Origin: a virus
Taxonomy: Duplodnaviria; Caudoviricetes
Reading direction: 5' to 3' (one strand)
DNA length: 64,000 nt
Virus record (IMG/VR): IMGVR_UViG_3300022555_000003
Coordinates: 64,001 to 128,000 of that record
Part shown: positions 31,610-42,331 of the stretch, in pieces
Position numbering within the stretch: position 1 is the first letter of the stretch
How the letters are laid out: every line of letters starts with the position of its first letter
Position numbers and translations under genes: made by a program
Notes under the pieces: generated by a model
The model's input: only the letters and a program-made list of their open reading frames with translations
Database searches by the model: none
Told to the model about the DNA's origin: nothing

Positions 31610-33130
31610 ATGTCTTATATACTCAATAAAACAGATGGTGAAGTTTTAATAACTTTAGCGGATGGTACGATAGATACTTCTACATCATTATCATTGATTG
31701 GTAGAAATGTTTCATCTTATGGCGAACGACAAAATGAAAATTTCATAAAATTACTAGAAAATTTTGCTAATTCGGCAGTGCCGCCAGGAGCAGATTATCT
31801 ATCTGGACAAGTATGGTACGATACTACACTTGGAATAAAGCAATTAAAAGTTTATAACGGATCCAAGTGGCTAGGCATTGGATCAATCACAAAAGCTGCA
31901 CCAGAACCTACCTTACCTATTCGCCCATTGGATCCAAATTCTGCATATTATGATAATGGTGATATGTGGTATAATACAACTACTAGACAATTATATATAA
32001 ATGATAATTTTATATGGAAATTGATCGGACCATTAGCTCCAGTAGGAATAAATGGCGTTGAAATTATTGCTGAAGTAATAACTGATATCTTTGCTGTTGA
32101 TCACGTTGTGTTAAGCTTTTATATTAATACCAGTAGATTAGCAATGTTTAGTCCAGATGAAGTATTTACTCCAGCAGCACCAGGACAATCTGGTTATGCA
32201 ACTATTAGTAGTGGATTAAATTTTAATACTAATTTTGGTAATATAACCATAAGTGGATTAGCAAGTCTTGGTGTTCTAGGTACAGTAACAGCAGGCAATT
32301 TATCTACAAGTGGAACATTACTTGTTACAGGTAACGCAACAGTTGGTAATATTTCTTCTGGCGCTGGTTCATTTAGTGGTGCAATAACTGGCTCAACTAC
32401 AATTAATATTACTGGAAATGCAACTGTTGGAAATTTAACATCTAATGCTAAAATAACTTCTTCAACCCTAATTGTTACAGGAAATGCAACTGTTGGTAAT
32501 ATTTCAACTGGAATTGGTCTCTTTTCTGGAGCAATAACTGGGTCAACAACAATTAATATTAGTGGAGTTGCAACTGTTGGAAGTTTAGTTTCAGGTGCAG
32601 CAGCATTTGGTGGTGCAATAACTGGCGCAACAACACTTGGAATTACAGGAAACGCAACTGTTGGAAATTTAACTGCTTCATCAATAGTTGGATCAATAAT
32701 AACAGCAACCCAACCACAAATAACAACAGTTGGAACGTTAAATGGATTAAATGTAACGGGCGGAATAGTTGCAAGTCAATCAATTAGATCAACAACATTA
32801 GTAACAAATACAGCAGGTGGCACAGTATCATTAAGTGCAACCACAACAAATCATCAATTAAATATTACTGGTGCTGTTTCTTTATTGACAATCACAGATT
32901 TAACTAATCCTGGTCAAACTATGAGAATTATGTTAATTGGTACAGAGAATGGTGTAACATTTGATTCTTCAAATAATATATATTGGCCAAATAATGCAGT
33001 TCCAAATTTTACTAACGGAAGTAGAGGAATAACAATTGTGACATTAACTAAACCATCGTCTTCAGGATATCCTATAACTGGTGCACGTACTTCTAATGAT
33101 ATTCTTCTAGCAACTTATGTGAGCTATTAA
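31610..33130 (+). CDS. Baseplate/tail fibre protein with repeat shaft
   Basis: LIGRN..YGE.QNENF..LLENFA, GQVWYDT..LKVYNG; repeated ITGNATVGN units; late promoter motif at 31584. Confidence 0.7.
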   Translation: MSYILNKTDGEVLITLADGTIDTSTSLSLIGRNVSSYGERQNENFIKLLENFANSAVPPGADYLSGQVWYDTTLGIKQLKVYNGSKWLGIGSITKAAPEPTLPIRPLDPNSAYYDNGDMWYNTTTRQLYINDNFIWKLIGPLAPVGINGVEIIAEVITDIFAVDHVVLSFYINTSRLAMFSPDEVFTPAAPGQSGYATISSGLNFNTNFGNITISGLASLGVLGTVTAGNLSTSGTLLVTGNATVGNISSGAGSFSGAITGSTTINITGNATVGNLTSNAKITSSTLIVTGNATVGNISTGIGLFSGAITGSTTINISGVATVGSLVSGAAAFGGAITGATTLGITGNATVGNLTASSIVGSIITATQPQITTVGTLNGLNVTGGIVASQSIRSTTLVTNTAGGTVSLSATTTNHQLNITGAVSLLTITDLTNPGQTMRIMLIGTENGVTFDSSNNIYWPNNAVPNFTNGSRGITIVTLTKPSSSGYPITGARTSNDILLATYVSY

Positions 33131-33132
33131 TT

Positions 33133-36100
33133 ATGCCAAATCAAGGTGATACTATTGAAATTCAATGTTGCAGTGGAGATTCACTGATATTAATATATGC
33201 TTATGGTCCTTTTAACGATTTTTTACAAGAGGGATCATACTCTGGAGTTACCGCTCCATACAGGAGTGGATATTACGGGTATGGTTGGATTATAGCTAGC
33301 GGGTCTTGTCCTGAAGGTGACACTGGAGAAAATTGTAATGCTGGTCCAACTGCACCAACAATAAGTATTTTTCCTAGTCAATTATATTTTGACGCATATC
33401 GAACAGGTATAATCCATGTTATACAATCTCCAACAAATTATGATTGGACTGGTACAGTTTCAGGCGGTGCTCCTTGGCTACATATTGCACAAAAATATCA
33501 TGATCCAAATCCAAATAATGTCAATGCAGATTATGTATATTTAAGTGTAGATATTAATACAACGCAATCTATTAGAACTGCAACAATTTCTGTTGGAGAT
33601 AATATATGTACAATTACACAAGCTGCCGCTCCTCCTCCACCAGCCCTTTCAGTAACATTAAATATAAATTCAGATCTAGCTGGTGCTGAAGTTTCGTTGT
33701 CTGGTGATGTTTTAGTAACTCCAGACACAGGTTTAGCTAGTTGGGATGTACAAGTTGTTTGCGATAATACTAGTTGGGTATCTTATACTATTGTAGGAAA
33801 TACATTTACTTGGCACGTACAACCTAATACAGATACTTCTTCTAGAAACGTATCATTTTATATCGGAAATAATGCTCAATATGCAAATGGAGGAACTAAA
33901 ACATTTGTCTTAGAACAAGCAGGTTTGATAACTGACCCTAATATCGGTGATACTTTAACAATACCATGTTGCGATCTTGTTAACGATTTAATTGTAACTT
34001 GGGCTTATGATACAACTCCTAAATTAAAAATTGGAGATAATCCAGTAATACATCATAATCCAATTTATAGTTACAACGGTTTATCTACAGGTTGGTCAAT
34101 TACTACGCCTTGTCCTGTTATAGGTGATATTGGTAATTGCGATCAAAACAATCCAAATTACAATACTGTAACCGCATTAAATGCGACAAGTTTGTCATTT
34201 GAAGCAGCAGGAAGAAACAATTTTCCAATACTTGTTAGCACATTTCCTCAGACTTACTCAGACTGGAAAATAGTTTATACTGAAACTTGGCTAAGATTTA
34301 GTAATAAAGAAGTTGTAGTAAATGGATATCAAATATTTCTTACTGTTGATGCTAATACTACATACTATCCTAGATCAGCTATGGTTCAAATTGGTGAACA
34401 AACATTAACAATATCTCAAGTTGGACAAATTAAACCTCCTACACCTAATGTAACTGTGAGTCCTCAAATAGGTAATATTCCAGCATATGGTGGAACCATA
34501 AGTTTAAGTATTACTCCAACTGTAGTTGGTCATTCGTGGTATATAGACGTAATAGATAAAGATTGGTTCTCTGTAAGTCCAAAGAATGGCCTTGGAAATA
34601 CAACTGAAACAGTTACTATAACTGTTCTCCCAAGTGATGGAAATCCAAGAAGAGGAGAAATATTAATCAACACTCCCTTTGTTGATGAATATGGTAGAAA
34701 CGTTTACAACCAAGTTGATTTCAAAGTATATCAGGAAGAAGGCGCTGCATCTCCAACTACAATGCCTCACAATGATGGTGATATATTAACTATTCCTTGT
34801 TGTCAAGCTGGTTACAATATGACTTTTGTATGGAGACAAGGTCCTTGGCAAATGTTACCAGGCGGGCAACTTATAAATACAAATGGTTATTTACAAATAA
34901 ATGATCCTGTATATCAAGTAACAGATGCATTGTTAGCAGGTTCATATCCTACAGTGGGACCATTTGATGGTCCTTGGTTAACAAACAACAGCCCTGGTGC
35001 AATAAATTTTCATCAAACTACTCAAACAGTTCCTAGTACTTCTTCAACAGTTGGTGAACGTGTGCAAGTATGGCAAATGGTAAGTGGCGTCCTTACATTA
35101 GTTACAACTACATTAGCTGTCCCTCCAGTAGCACCTGAAGGTGGATCAGATCCTATGGGATCTTGTTGGGGATGGTTTTTACAAAATGAATGCCCAGTTG
35201 GTTCTGATAAAGGATTAGACTGTGGTGGAATCCCAACCACAGATTTCAATTTTATGCCAGTTACATTTATCAATGATAGAACTGGCCCACCAACTTATGC
35301 TGAATCTGGAGGAGTATTATACACTTTAGTTGGAACAAAAACTCTTGTAAAATCGTTAACAGCATATGTATTAAATGGTAATTCACAACTAGTACCTAGA
35401 CCAGCTACACAAATTGATTTGGGTAGCTCGGCACCAACATTTTTCTCACATGTACTTGTTAAACCAAAATTTGTTACTAAACAAAACGTGTTATATATTG
35501 AATGGACAATAATTAATAAAACATATATTCCATACATAGAATGGTATAATATGCCAGCACCAATAACTGTTCATATTCCTTATAATACTGATACTCTTAT
35601 TGATTTATCGAGCCAAGTACTTGATACAGGTAATCCAGATTCGTCAAGCGATACATATTTTTCAGTATATAATGGCGGAACATTTTTACAACATGGACAT
35701 TTTATATCTTGGAATGGATTAGGTGGGGTATATAGACCAGACAATGGTTATACAGGATTAGATAATTTCTGGTATTATTGGAAAGTAAATGCTGACAAGG
35801 TTGGGGCCGTAAATATTATCATTGATCCCCCAACAGTGACAGATTTACAAGCAGCTACTTATACAGCAACTATTCCTTATCCAGATCTTTCTGTTTCAAT
35901 TGATTTATTAACTTTAGTTAGTGCGTCAGTTCAAGGACAGCGAGTATCGAATCGAACTGGTAGTTTTAGTATAGCTGATATTAATAATATTTCATCAGCA
36001 ACAGCAACTTTAGTTGGTTCGGTTTTAACATATACTCTTACAGGTCCAAGAAATAGTTATACAACAGCGTTGAGTGATGTTGTTAGATATACTTTCGTAG

Positions 36101-38706
36101 ATACTAGTAATGCATTAACTCCCGCGTCTAATAATATAACTATTTTAGTTGCACCATATATTCCACCACCACCAACTCCAACTATTAATTCTTTTACAGC
36201 AACACCACAGAATGTTTGTACTGGTGCAACCACTACTTTATCTTGGTCAACTGTTGATGCTACTCAATGTAGTATAGATGGTCTAGCGGCGATTGCAACT
36301 CAAGGTTCTATTTCAACAGTTGGTCCAATTTCAGTTCCAACAACTTATACATTACATGCTTATAATCAATATGGATCTACTACAGCAACAGTTGTAGTAA
36401 CACCAAATATATCAAACCCGGTTGCCACAGACTTAACAGTTACAACAAATTTTTGGGATGGTATATCTTCTCCTAGACCAATAGCACATATTTTTCCAAT
36501 CTATACTGGAAGTGTTACTGGAGCTTCAATTGTAACTCCTCCAACAAAAGGTTATTTAGTTGGTACTTTAAATATAGATTCACCAATTGCATATTATGTT
36601 AATAGTTATGCAACTGGAACTGATACATTTACATATAAAGTTTCTGGTCCGTGTGGAGATAGCGCACCAGCTAATATTACTGTAACGATTACTCCAGGAA
36701 CAGTTCCAATTATAAGTGCAGGCAATATAACATGTAATTATGGTACTATTGGATCAGTAGGTGGAACAGTTTCAGCAGCGATTGCAAGTTCAGTATATAT
36801 AAGTTCTTTCCCAACTCATGGTGCTGTTACCTTTGATAATACTGGTTTACCATCAAACACATTTATTGTAAATTATACACCATATTTTGGTTTTATTGGG
36901 AATGATACATTTTCTATAGTTGCAGCAGGAATAGCAGGTGAAAGTAATATAGTAATTATTCCAGTAACTGTAATAGCACCTCCTTGCTCAGTACCTATTA
37001 GTACAAGTACTTCAACTCCATATAATACACCAGTACCTATTGTGTTCACCTACACAGGTTATGCAAGTGGAGTTGAAATTGTAAGTGGACCAGCAGCATT
37101 TCAAGGAGTATTAACTGGACCAGTAGTAGGCAATTTATACTTATGGAACTTTACTCCAGCTGCAAGTGGTTATTCAGGTGTAGTTGGTATTTCTTTTAGA
37201 ACATATAATGCAGATCATTCAATGCTATGCAGTTCAGTTGGAACTGTATCAGTTACAGTTGGTGCAGCACCTGTTATTAGTAGACCAACTCATGTATTAT
37301 TTGATTCAGCTGCTGGTCAAGGATCTGCAGTTACATATCAAACTGAATCTTGGACAATGACAGGTAATTATGGAAGTTACGTTGGTGATTACACAGTAAA
37401 AGTAGAATGTTTAAATGATAGTTATACCGGTGGAAATATTGATGCGTTAACTGCGGCACACGTAATTGGTATTAGACGAACTAGAGGAATAGTAGTTTCT
37501 AATTCTTCAGGTAATACGCTAACAGATGTACAAGATGGTGATATTATTGAAGTAAGAGTTATAACTGCAACACAAATAGCAAATATAAATAGAACACTTA
37601 ATTTTAAAGTTTCGGTTTCAGGACGAACAGATACCTATATTGGAATGGATCCTTTATATCTAGGATACAGTGATTTTTCAAATTTCAATATTATTACAAA
37701 TTCAGGTGACATTGTACCAGATGCATTTGACTTCTTTGATCAATCCAATTTAGAAATTAGCACAGCATTAAACACAAATACAGTAACAATTACTGGTGTT
37801 GATGTTAACTTATATGTACCAATTAGAGTTACACCAAGTGCAAATATTATTGTAAATGATGTACAGTTTGGTGATAGTACAACTGTTCAAAAATTTGATG
37901 TAGTAAAGATTAGAGCACTAACAAGTGGTTCTTATAATACAGATATAGTGTATACTGTATTGATGGGAACAACTACTCCTGGTGGAAACGCGTCAGCGGT
38001 TGTTGATACTTTTACTTATTCAACAAGACCACCACATGGAACTTGTATTAAAGATATGGATTTTGGTATAAAAACAGGTTTGGAATTAAATACAAACACT
38101 TTAACAAATTCAGTTACTTGGATTAGTCCAGATTTGCCTAGTCTAGGTTTTAGTGTAAATAATGGCGCAAGTATTTGGATAAATGGTTCAAATCTAGGTG
38201 TTAGTAGTGCAACAGTAAACAGTGGTGCAACTATAGCATTTGAAGGATTAACTTCTCCAGTATATAATACACCAGTTAAATATACAGTTTCAGTAAGTCC
38301 TAATAATTTAACTTGTGGTGTTAATCCAGTTACTGGTAATAGTAGAACTGGTGAGTTTGTTTTTGTTACAAGACCAAAAAGAACAACTGTAACATTAGGT
38401 GTATTCACAGATATTATTAATCAGCAACTTTCAACAACAGTTACAAGTAACACAATTACTATTGATGGAAATATTGATGGAACAACTGCTATCACTTTAA
38501 CAGGTGGTGGACAACTTAGTATAAACGGAAATTTGAGCGGAACTAGTAATGTAGTAAATAATAATGATGAAGTTGCAATTGTAGCAACTACAAATATTGA
38601 TTATTATACAACCAATACATATTCGGTACATTGTGGTGCAATAACATCGAACTGGAATGTACGAACTAAGAGCAACGACGATTTATTATTACTTTCAGTG
38701 GACTAA
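33133..38706 (+). CDS. 1857-aa multidomain adhesin/tail protein with BACON-like and Ig/cadherin-like repeats
   Basis: Four W(L/V/F)xx...VxxN...R.A.I...Q.G BACON-like units; three GDxxxIxCC Cys modules; YTP..GF.G.DTF Ig-like units. Confidence 0.7.
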   Translation: MPNQGDTIEIQCCSGDSLILIYAYGPFNDFLQEGSYSGVTAPYRSGYYGYGWIIASGSCPEGDTGENCNAGPTAPTISIFPSQLYFDAYRTGIIHVIQSPTNYDWTGTVSGGAPWLHIAQKYHDPNPNNVNADYVYLSVDINTTQSIRTATISVGDNICTITQAAAPPPPALSVTLNINSDLAGAEVSLSGDVLVTPDTGLASWDVQVVCDNTSWVSYTIVGNTFTWHVQPNTDTSSRNVSFYIGNNAQYANGGTKTFVLEQAGLITDPNIGDTLTIPCCDLVNDLIVTWAYDTTPKLKIGDNPVIHHNPIYSYNGLSTGWSITTPCPVIGDIGNCDQNNPNYNTVTALNATSLSFEAAGRNNFPILVSTFPQTYSDWKIVYTETWLRFSNKEVVVNGYQIFLTVDANTTYYPRSAMVQIGEQTLTISQVGQIKPPTPNVTVSPQIGNIPAYGGTISLSITPTVVGHSWYIDVIDKDWFSVSPKNGLGNTTETVTITVLPSDGNPRRGEILINTPFVDEYGRNVYNQVDFKVYQEEGAASPTTMPHNDGDILTIPCCQAGYNMTFVWRQGPWQMLPGGQLINTNGYLQINDPVYQVTDALLAGSYPTVGPFDGPWLTNNSPGAINFHQTTQTVPSTSSTVGERVQVWQMVSGVLTLVTTTLAVPPVAPEGGSDPMGSCWGWFLQNECPVGSDKGLDCGGIPTTDFNFMPVTFINDRTGPPTYAESGGVLYTLVGTKTLVKSLTAYVLNGNSQLVPRPATQIDLGSSAPTFFSHVLVKPKFVTKQNVLYIEWTIINKTYIPYIEWYNMPAPITVHIPYNTDTLIDLSSQVLDTGNPDSSSDTYFSVYNGGTFLQHGHFISWNGLGGVYRPDNGYTGLDNFWYYWKVNADKVGAVNIIIDPPTVTDLQAATYTATIPYPDLSVSIDLLTLVSASVQGQRVSNRTGSFSIADINNISSATATLVGSVLTYTLTGPRNSYTTALSDVVRYTFVDTSNALTPASNNITILVAPYIPPPPTPTINSFTATPQNVCTGATTTLSWSTVDATQCSIDGLAAIATQGSISTVGPISVPTTYTLHAYNQYGSTTATVVVTPNISNPVATDLTVTTNFWDGISSPRPIAHIFPIYTGSVTGASIVTPPTKGYLVGTLNIDSPIAYYVNSYATGTDTFTYKVSGPCGDSAPANITVTITPGTVPIISAGNITCNYGTIGSVGGTVSAAIASSVYISSFPTHGAVTFDNTGLPSNTFIVNYTPYFGFIGNDTFSIVAAGIAGESNIVIIPVTVIAPPCSVPISTSTSTPYNTPVPIVFTYTGYASGVEIVSGPAAFQGVLTGPVVGNLYLWNFTPAASGYSGVVGISFRTYNADHSMLCSSVGTVSVTVGAAPVISRPTHVLFDSAAGQGSAVTYQTESWTMTGNYGSYVGDYTVKVECLNDSYTGGNIDALTAAHVIGIRRTRGIVVSNSSGNTLTDVQDGDIIEVRVITATQIANINRTLNFKVSVSGRTDTYIGMDPLYLGYSDFSNFNIITNSGDIVPDAFDFFDQSNLEISTALNTNTVTITGVDVNLYVPIRVTPSANIIVNDVQFGDSTTVQKFDVVKIRALTSGSYNTDIVYTVLMGTTTPGGNASAVVDTFTYSTRPPHGTCIKDMDFGIKTGLELNTNTLTNSVTWISPDLPSLGFSVNNGASIWINGSNLGVSSATVNSGATIAFEGLTSPVYNTPVKYTVSVSPNNLTCGVNPVTGNSRTGEFVFVTRPKRTTVTLGVFTDIINQQLSTTVTSNTITIDGNIDGTTAITLTGGGQLSINGNLSGTSNVVNNNDEVAIVATTNIDYYTTNTYSVHCGAITSNWNVRTKSNDDLLLLSVD

Positions 38707-38796
38707 ATGGAAACTTTGCTTTTATTAACATTAGTTGCAATTTTTTGTTGGCATTATCTTACAAATCCGATACGTTTTGAATTTAAGGAGTTATGA

Positions 38797-40185
38797 ATGT
38801 TAGACTATTCTGCTTTGCTAATTGCATTATTGATTAGTACAGTAAGTGCCTATTATAGTATTAGTGGATTAATGGCCATATTTTCGACCGCTCAAATACC
38901 TATTATTATTATGGGTGGTGCGTTAGAATTAGGTAAAGTTATTACCACAATGTGGGTTAGAAAAAATTGGAGTATTCTTGGTTATGCTAGTAAAAGTTAT
39001 CTTGTAGCATGTATCATAATATTAATGCTTGTCACAAGTTTAGGTACTTTTGGATTTTTGTCAAAGAGCCATTTGGATCAAGGTGTACCATCAGCTGATG
39101 CACAAGATCAAGTTTCTTTATTTGATGAAAAAATTAAAAATGAAAGAGAAACAATAACATTAAATCGTAACTTGATGGCACAAATGGATAATGCAGTAAC
39201 AGAAATATTAGGTAGAAGCAAAGATCAAAATGGAGCAGAACGCGCAACAGTAATTAGACGAACTCAAAGTAATGATAGAACGAGATTACAAAAAGAAAAT
39301 GATTTATCTCAGCAGAAGATTCAACAGTTGCAAGCTGATAGAGCTCCAATTGCATCTAAGGTAAGAAAAATTGAAGCTGAAGTTGGTCCTATAAAATATG
39401 TAGCTGCAATGATTTATGGTGATAATCCGAGCATTGATTTGTTAGAGCGAGCAGTTAGGTGGATTATCATTATTATTATAATTGTATTTGATCCACTTGC
39501 ATTAACTTTATTATTAGCTGTGAGCAAAAAAATTGAGCTTTCAAAAATTCAAAAAGAAGATACTGTCCAAACAGAAGTAATCAAAGAAGTTCTGGTAGAA
39601 GTAATCAAAGAAGTGGAAGTAATTAAAGAAGTAGCAGGTCCAGAACGAATTGTAGAAGTAATCAAAGAAGTGGAAGTAATTAAAGAAGTAGTAGGTCCAG
39701 AACGAATTGTAGAAGTAATTAAAGAAGTGGAAGTGGTAGGTCCAGAACGAATTGTAGAAGTAATTAAAGAAGTGGAAGTGGTAGGTCCAGAACGAATTGT
39801 AGAAGTAATCAAAGAAGTGGAAGTGGTAGGTCCAGAACGAATTGTAGAAGTAATCAAAGAAGTTTCAGCAGAAGTAAGTCAAGAAGAAAATCCGTTGTTA
39901 GTTAAATTGCGTGAATTAGCAGGTCATGTAGATTTGTTAGATACTGAAAGTTCTTACAATTCTAAATTTGGAACTGCATTTCCTAGAAATCCTAGACGTG
40001 GAGATACATTTTTAAGAGTAGACACAGACCCAAATACATTATATAGATTCAATGGTCAATCTTGGTTTTCAGTTGCTGATTTGAATGCTACTAGATTATT
40101 ACAATTGATTTTGTCGGGTGATTTAACATTAGAAGATTTAACCCCAGTTCAAGTTCAAATGGTTAAAAGTATCATGAAAAAATAA
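38797..40185 (+). CDS. Membrane protein with coiled coil and EVIKEV tandem repeats
   Basis: N-terminal TM helices, coiled coil, TM at WIIIIIIIVFDPLA, repeat tract, C-terminal P.RGDTFLRVD domain. Confidence 0.65.
   Translation: MLDYSALLIALLISTVSAYYSISGLMAIFSTAQIPIIIMGGALELGKVITTMWVRKNWSILGYASKSYLVACIIILMLVTSLGTFGFLSKSHLDQGVPSADAQDQVSLFDEKIKNERETITLNRNLMAQMDNAVTEILGRSKDQNGAERATVIRRTQSNDRTRLQKENDLSQQKIQQLQADRAPIASKVRKIEAEVGPIKYVAAMIYGDNPSIDLLERAVRWIIIIIIIVFDPLALTLLLAVSKKIELSKIQKEDTVQTEVIKEVLVEVIKEVEVIKEVAGPERIVEVIKEVEVIKEVVGPERIVEVIKEVEVVGPERIVEVIKEVEVVGPERIVEVIKEVEVVGPERIVEVIKEVSAEVSQEENPLLVKLRELAGHVDLLDTESSYNSKFGTAFPRNPRRGDTFLRVDTDPNTLYRFNGQSWFSVADLNATRLLQLILSGDLTLEDLTPVQVQMVKSIMKK
39574..39863 (+). 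repeat. Coding tandem repeat (mostly 45-nt units, VEVIKEVEVVGPERI)
   Basis: Directly visible repeated gaagtaat(c/t)aaagaagt and ggtccagaacgaatt. Confidence 0.9.
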
Positions 40186-40243
40186 AATATTGTGCGAAGA
40201 TAGTAGCTAAAGGTAAATATATGTAATGCGGAAAGAAACAACA

Positions 40244-41467
40244 ATGCCTAATAAATGCAGCTTTTGCAATAAAACTCGCGAAGAAGCTACCAAGTTGATC
40301 ATTAGCGGTGCTACCGCAGCAATTTGCGATGAGTGCGTTGAATTGTGCTCAAATTTATTAATAAATCAGCAAAATGTAAATATTAAAAAAGACAAAAAAC
40401 TTGCAAAACACACTAACCCAATTAGAATAAAACAGTATCTGGACCAATTTGTTATTGGTCAAGAAGATGCTAAGATTGCAATTAGTGTTGGGGTTGCAAA
40501 TCATTATAAGAGATTATTTTATACAAGTGCAATTGCAATTGAGAAAAGTAATATATTATTACATGGACCAACAGGAACAGGGAAAACGCTATTAGCCAAA
40601 ACAATTGCAGATTTCTTAGATGTTCCTTTTATTATTGCTAATGCAACTGGACTTACCGAAGCTGGATATGTTGGCGATGATGTTGAAAGTATTCTAAGTA
40701 GATTATTATTAGCAGCAGATGGTGATATCGAAAAAGCACAACACGGCATTATCTTTTTAGATGAAATTGATAAAATTGGTAAAAAAAACGACGGATCAAC
40801 TGCTAACAGAGACATAACTGGAGAAGGTGTACAACAAGCATTATTGAAAATAATTGAGGGCGCTGTTATTTCAGTACCAACAGATGGCGGCAAAAAACAT
40901 GCTGGTTCATCTGTTGTCGATATTGACACAACAGGAATATTATTTATTGCTAGTGGTTCATTTGTTGGTTTATCAGATGTTATAACAAGACGCAATAAAG
41001 AAAACTCAATTGGTTTTGGATCTACAAAAGTAAATAAAGTCCAGTCTTCAACAGCATCAGTAGACGATTTAATTAAGTTTGGTATGATTCCAGAATTTAT
41101 GGGTAGGTTCCCAGTTATTGTTTATACTAATGTGTTAACAACACCCGAATTGATAAAAGTATTAACTAGTACTAAAAATAACTTAATTAGTCAATATAAA
41201 TTTTATTTTACAATTGATGGAATTGAAATTTGCTTTACACAAGAAGCATTAGAAAGTATTGCTGGAAAAGCAAGCATATTGAAAACAGGCGCAAGGGCAC
41301 TAAAAAATATTTTAGAAAATAGTTTGATGCCACATTTATTTGCATTACCAAAATATAAAGAACAAAAAGTAGTGGAAATTACATTTACCGCAGGTGTTTT
41401 CAACACAAATGCATCACCAGAATTTTCATATAAATCAAAAGCTAAACAAGTTTTAACAGCAGGTTAA
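40244..41467 (+). CDS. clpX: ClpX ATP-dependent protease ATPase subunit
   Basis: CSFC...ICDECV Zn finger; VIGQEDAK; GPTGTGKT; EAGYVGDDVE; FLDEIDKI; RDITGEGVQQALLK; TGARAL. Confidence 0.95.
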   Translation: MPNKCSFCNKTREEATKLIISGATAAICDECVELCSNLLINQQNVNIKKDKKLAKHTNPIRIKQYLDQFVIGQEDAKIAISVGVANHYKRLFYTSAIAIEKSNILLHGPTGTGKTLLAKTIADFLDVPFIIANATGLTEAGYVGDDVESILSRLLLAADGDIEKAQHGIIFLDEIDKIGKKNDGSTANRDITGEGVQQALLKIIEGAVISVPTDGGKKHAGSSVVDIDTTGILFIASGSFVGLSDVITRRNKENSIGFGSTKVNKVQSSTASVDDLIKFGMIPEFMGRFPVIVYTNVLTTPELIKVLTSTKNNLISQYKFYFTIDGIEICFTQEALESIAGKASILKTGARALKNILENSLMPHLFALPKYKEQKVVEITFTAGVFNTNASPEFSYKSKAKQVLTAG

Positions 41468-41494
41468 TTTTCAAAGGTAAGGTACTAAATCAAA

Positions 41495-41743
41495 ATGAAA
41501 GAAAGAGATGGAATTGTTGTTGATGTTCTAAATGGAGATCTAGAGCGTGCATTAAAGAAGCTCAAGAAAAAAGTCAATAACGAAGGGATTATGCAGATCC
41601 TTAAAGATAAAGAAGGTTTTATTAAACCAAGCGAAATGAAACGACGTGATAGAGCAAGATCTATTAGCAAGGCTAAGAAACAAGCCAGACTAGATAATTC
41701 AGATTTTTACACTCAAGAATATACAGAAAAAACAAAAAATTAA
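41495..41743 (+). CDS. rpsU: Ribosomal protein bS21
   Basis: VDVLNGDLERALKKLKKKV..EGI...K..E.F.KPSE.KRR. Confidence 0.85.
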   Translation: MKERDGIVVDVLNGDLERALKKLKKKVNNEGIMQILKDKEGFIKPSEMKRRDRARSISKAKKQARLDNSDFYTQEYTEKTKN

Positions 41744-41793
41744 TTTTACCAAAAAGTTAAAATTTTATATTAAATTGTGTTATAATAAATACA

Positions 41794-41850
41794 GTAAGGT
41801 GCTCATTATGAGGCCTTACAATTAAATACTTGCTTAAGGAGAAGTTATTT
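41794..41850 (+). promoter_or_regulatory. ROSE-like RNA thermometer candidate in hsp20 5' UTR
   Basis: Hairpin GUAAGG/CCUUAC then ACUU-G-CUU/GAG-AAGU containing UUGCU paired to the AGGAG RBS. Confidence 0.5.
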
Positions 41851-42285
41851 ATGAAAAATACATTTACATATACTACGTTTCCAAATTTTGGAAAATATTT
41901 TATTGGGTTTGATCGAATATTTGATTCAGCTAACCAATGGACAAATATTCCACAGACTGGATATCCTCCATATAACGTAATCCAAACTACAGATGACAAA
42001 TTTCAAATTGAATTATCTGTGGCTGGATTCAATGAAGATGAATTGACCATTTCTCTTGATAACAGAATTTTAATTATTTCTGGAAATCAAGAGCAAAAAG
42101 ATGAAAATATTCAATATGTACATCGTGGGTTAAGTCATCGAAAATTCCAACGTGAATTTCAACTTGAAGAACATATTGAAGTAAAATCAGCAGCAGTAAA
42201 AAATGGAATTTTGAGAGTTGATTTAGAGAGGATTATTCCTGAAGAATTAAAGCCTCGTAGTATTGCAATTACATTTACAAAGTAG
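41851..42285 (+). CDS. hsp20: Small heat-shock protein Hsp20 (IbpA-like)
   Basis: GFDRIF, GYPPYNV, IELSVAGF, YVHRGLSHRKFQREFQL, NGILRVDL..IIPEE.KPR.I.I. Confidence 0.93.
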   Translation: MKNTFTYTTFPNFGKYFIGFDRIFDSANQWTNIPQTGYPPYNVIQTTDDKFQIELSVAGFNEDELTISLDNRILIISGNQEQKDENIQYVHRGLSHRKFQREFQLEEHIEVKSAAVKNGILRVDLERIIPEELKPRSIAITFTK

Positions 42286-42293
42286 TATAATTA

Positions 42294-42320
42294 GTTAAGG
42301 GGATAACTTCCCCCTTTAAC
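42294..42320 (+). terminator. Terminator-like hairpin after hsp20
   Basis: GTTAAGGGG / CCCCTTTAAC. Confidence 0.5.
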
Positions 42321-42331
42321 AACAATAAAAT

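Noticed and set aside
39549-39863. Repeat tract as CRISPR array, and antisense ITSTIRSGPT ORF
   Set aside because: Units are in-frame coding repeats with no unique spacers; the antisense ORF is their mirror
40519-41670. Minus-strand ORFs over clpX and rpsU, and similar antisense ORFs over ligase, nrdJ and the ART-like genes
   Set aside because: Antisense shadows of well-supported plus-strand genes
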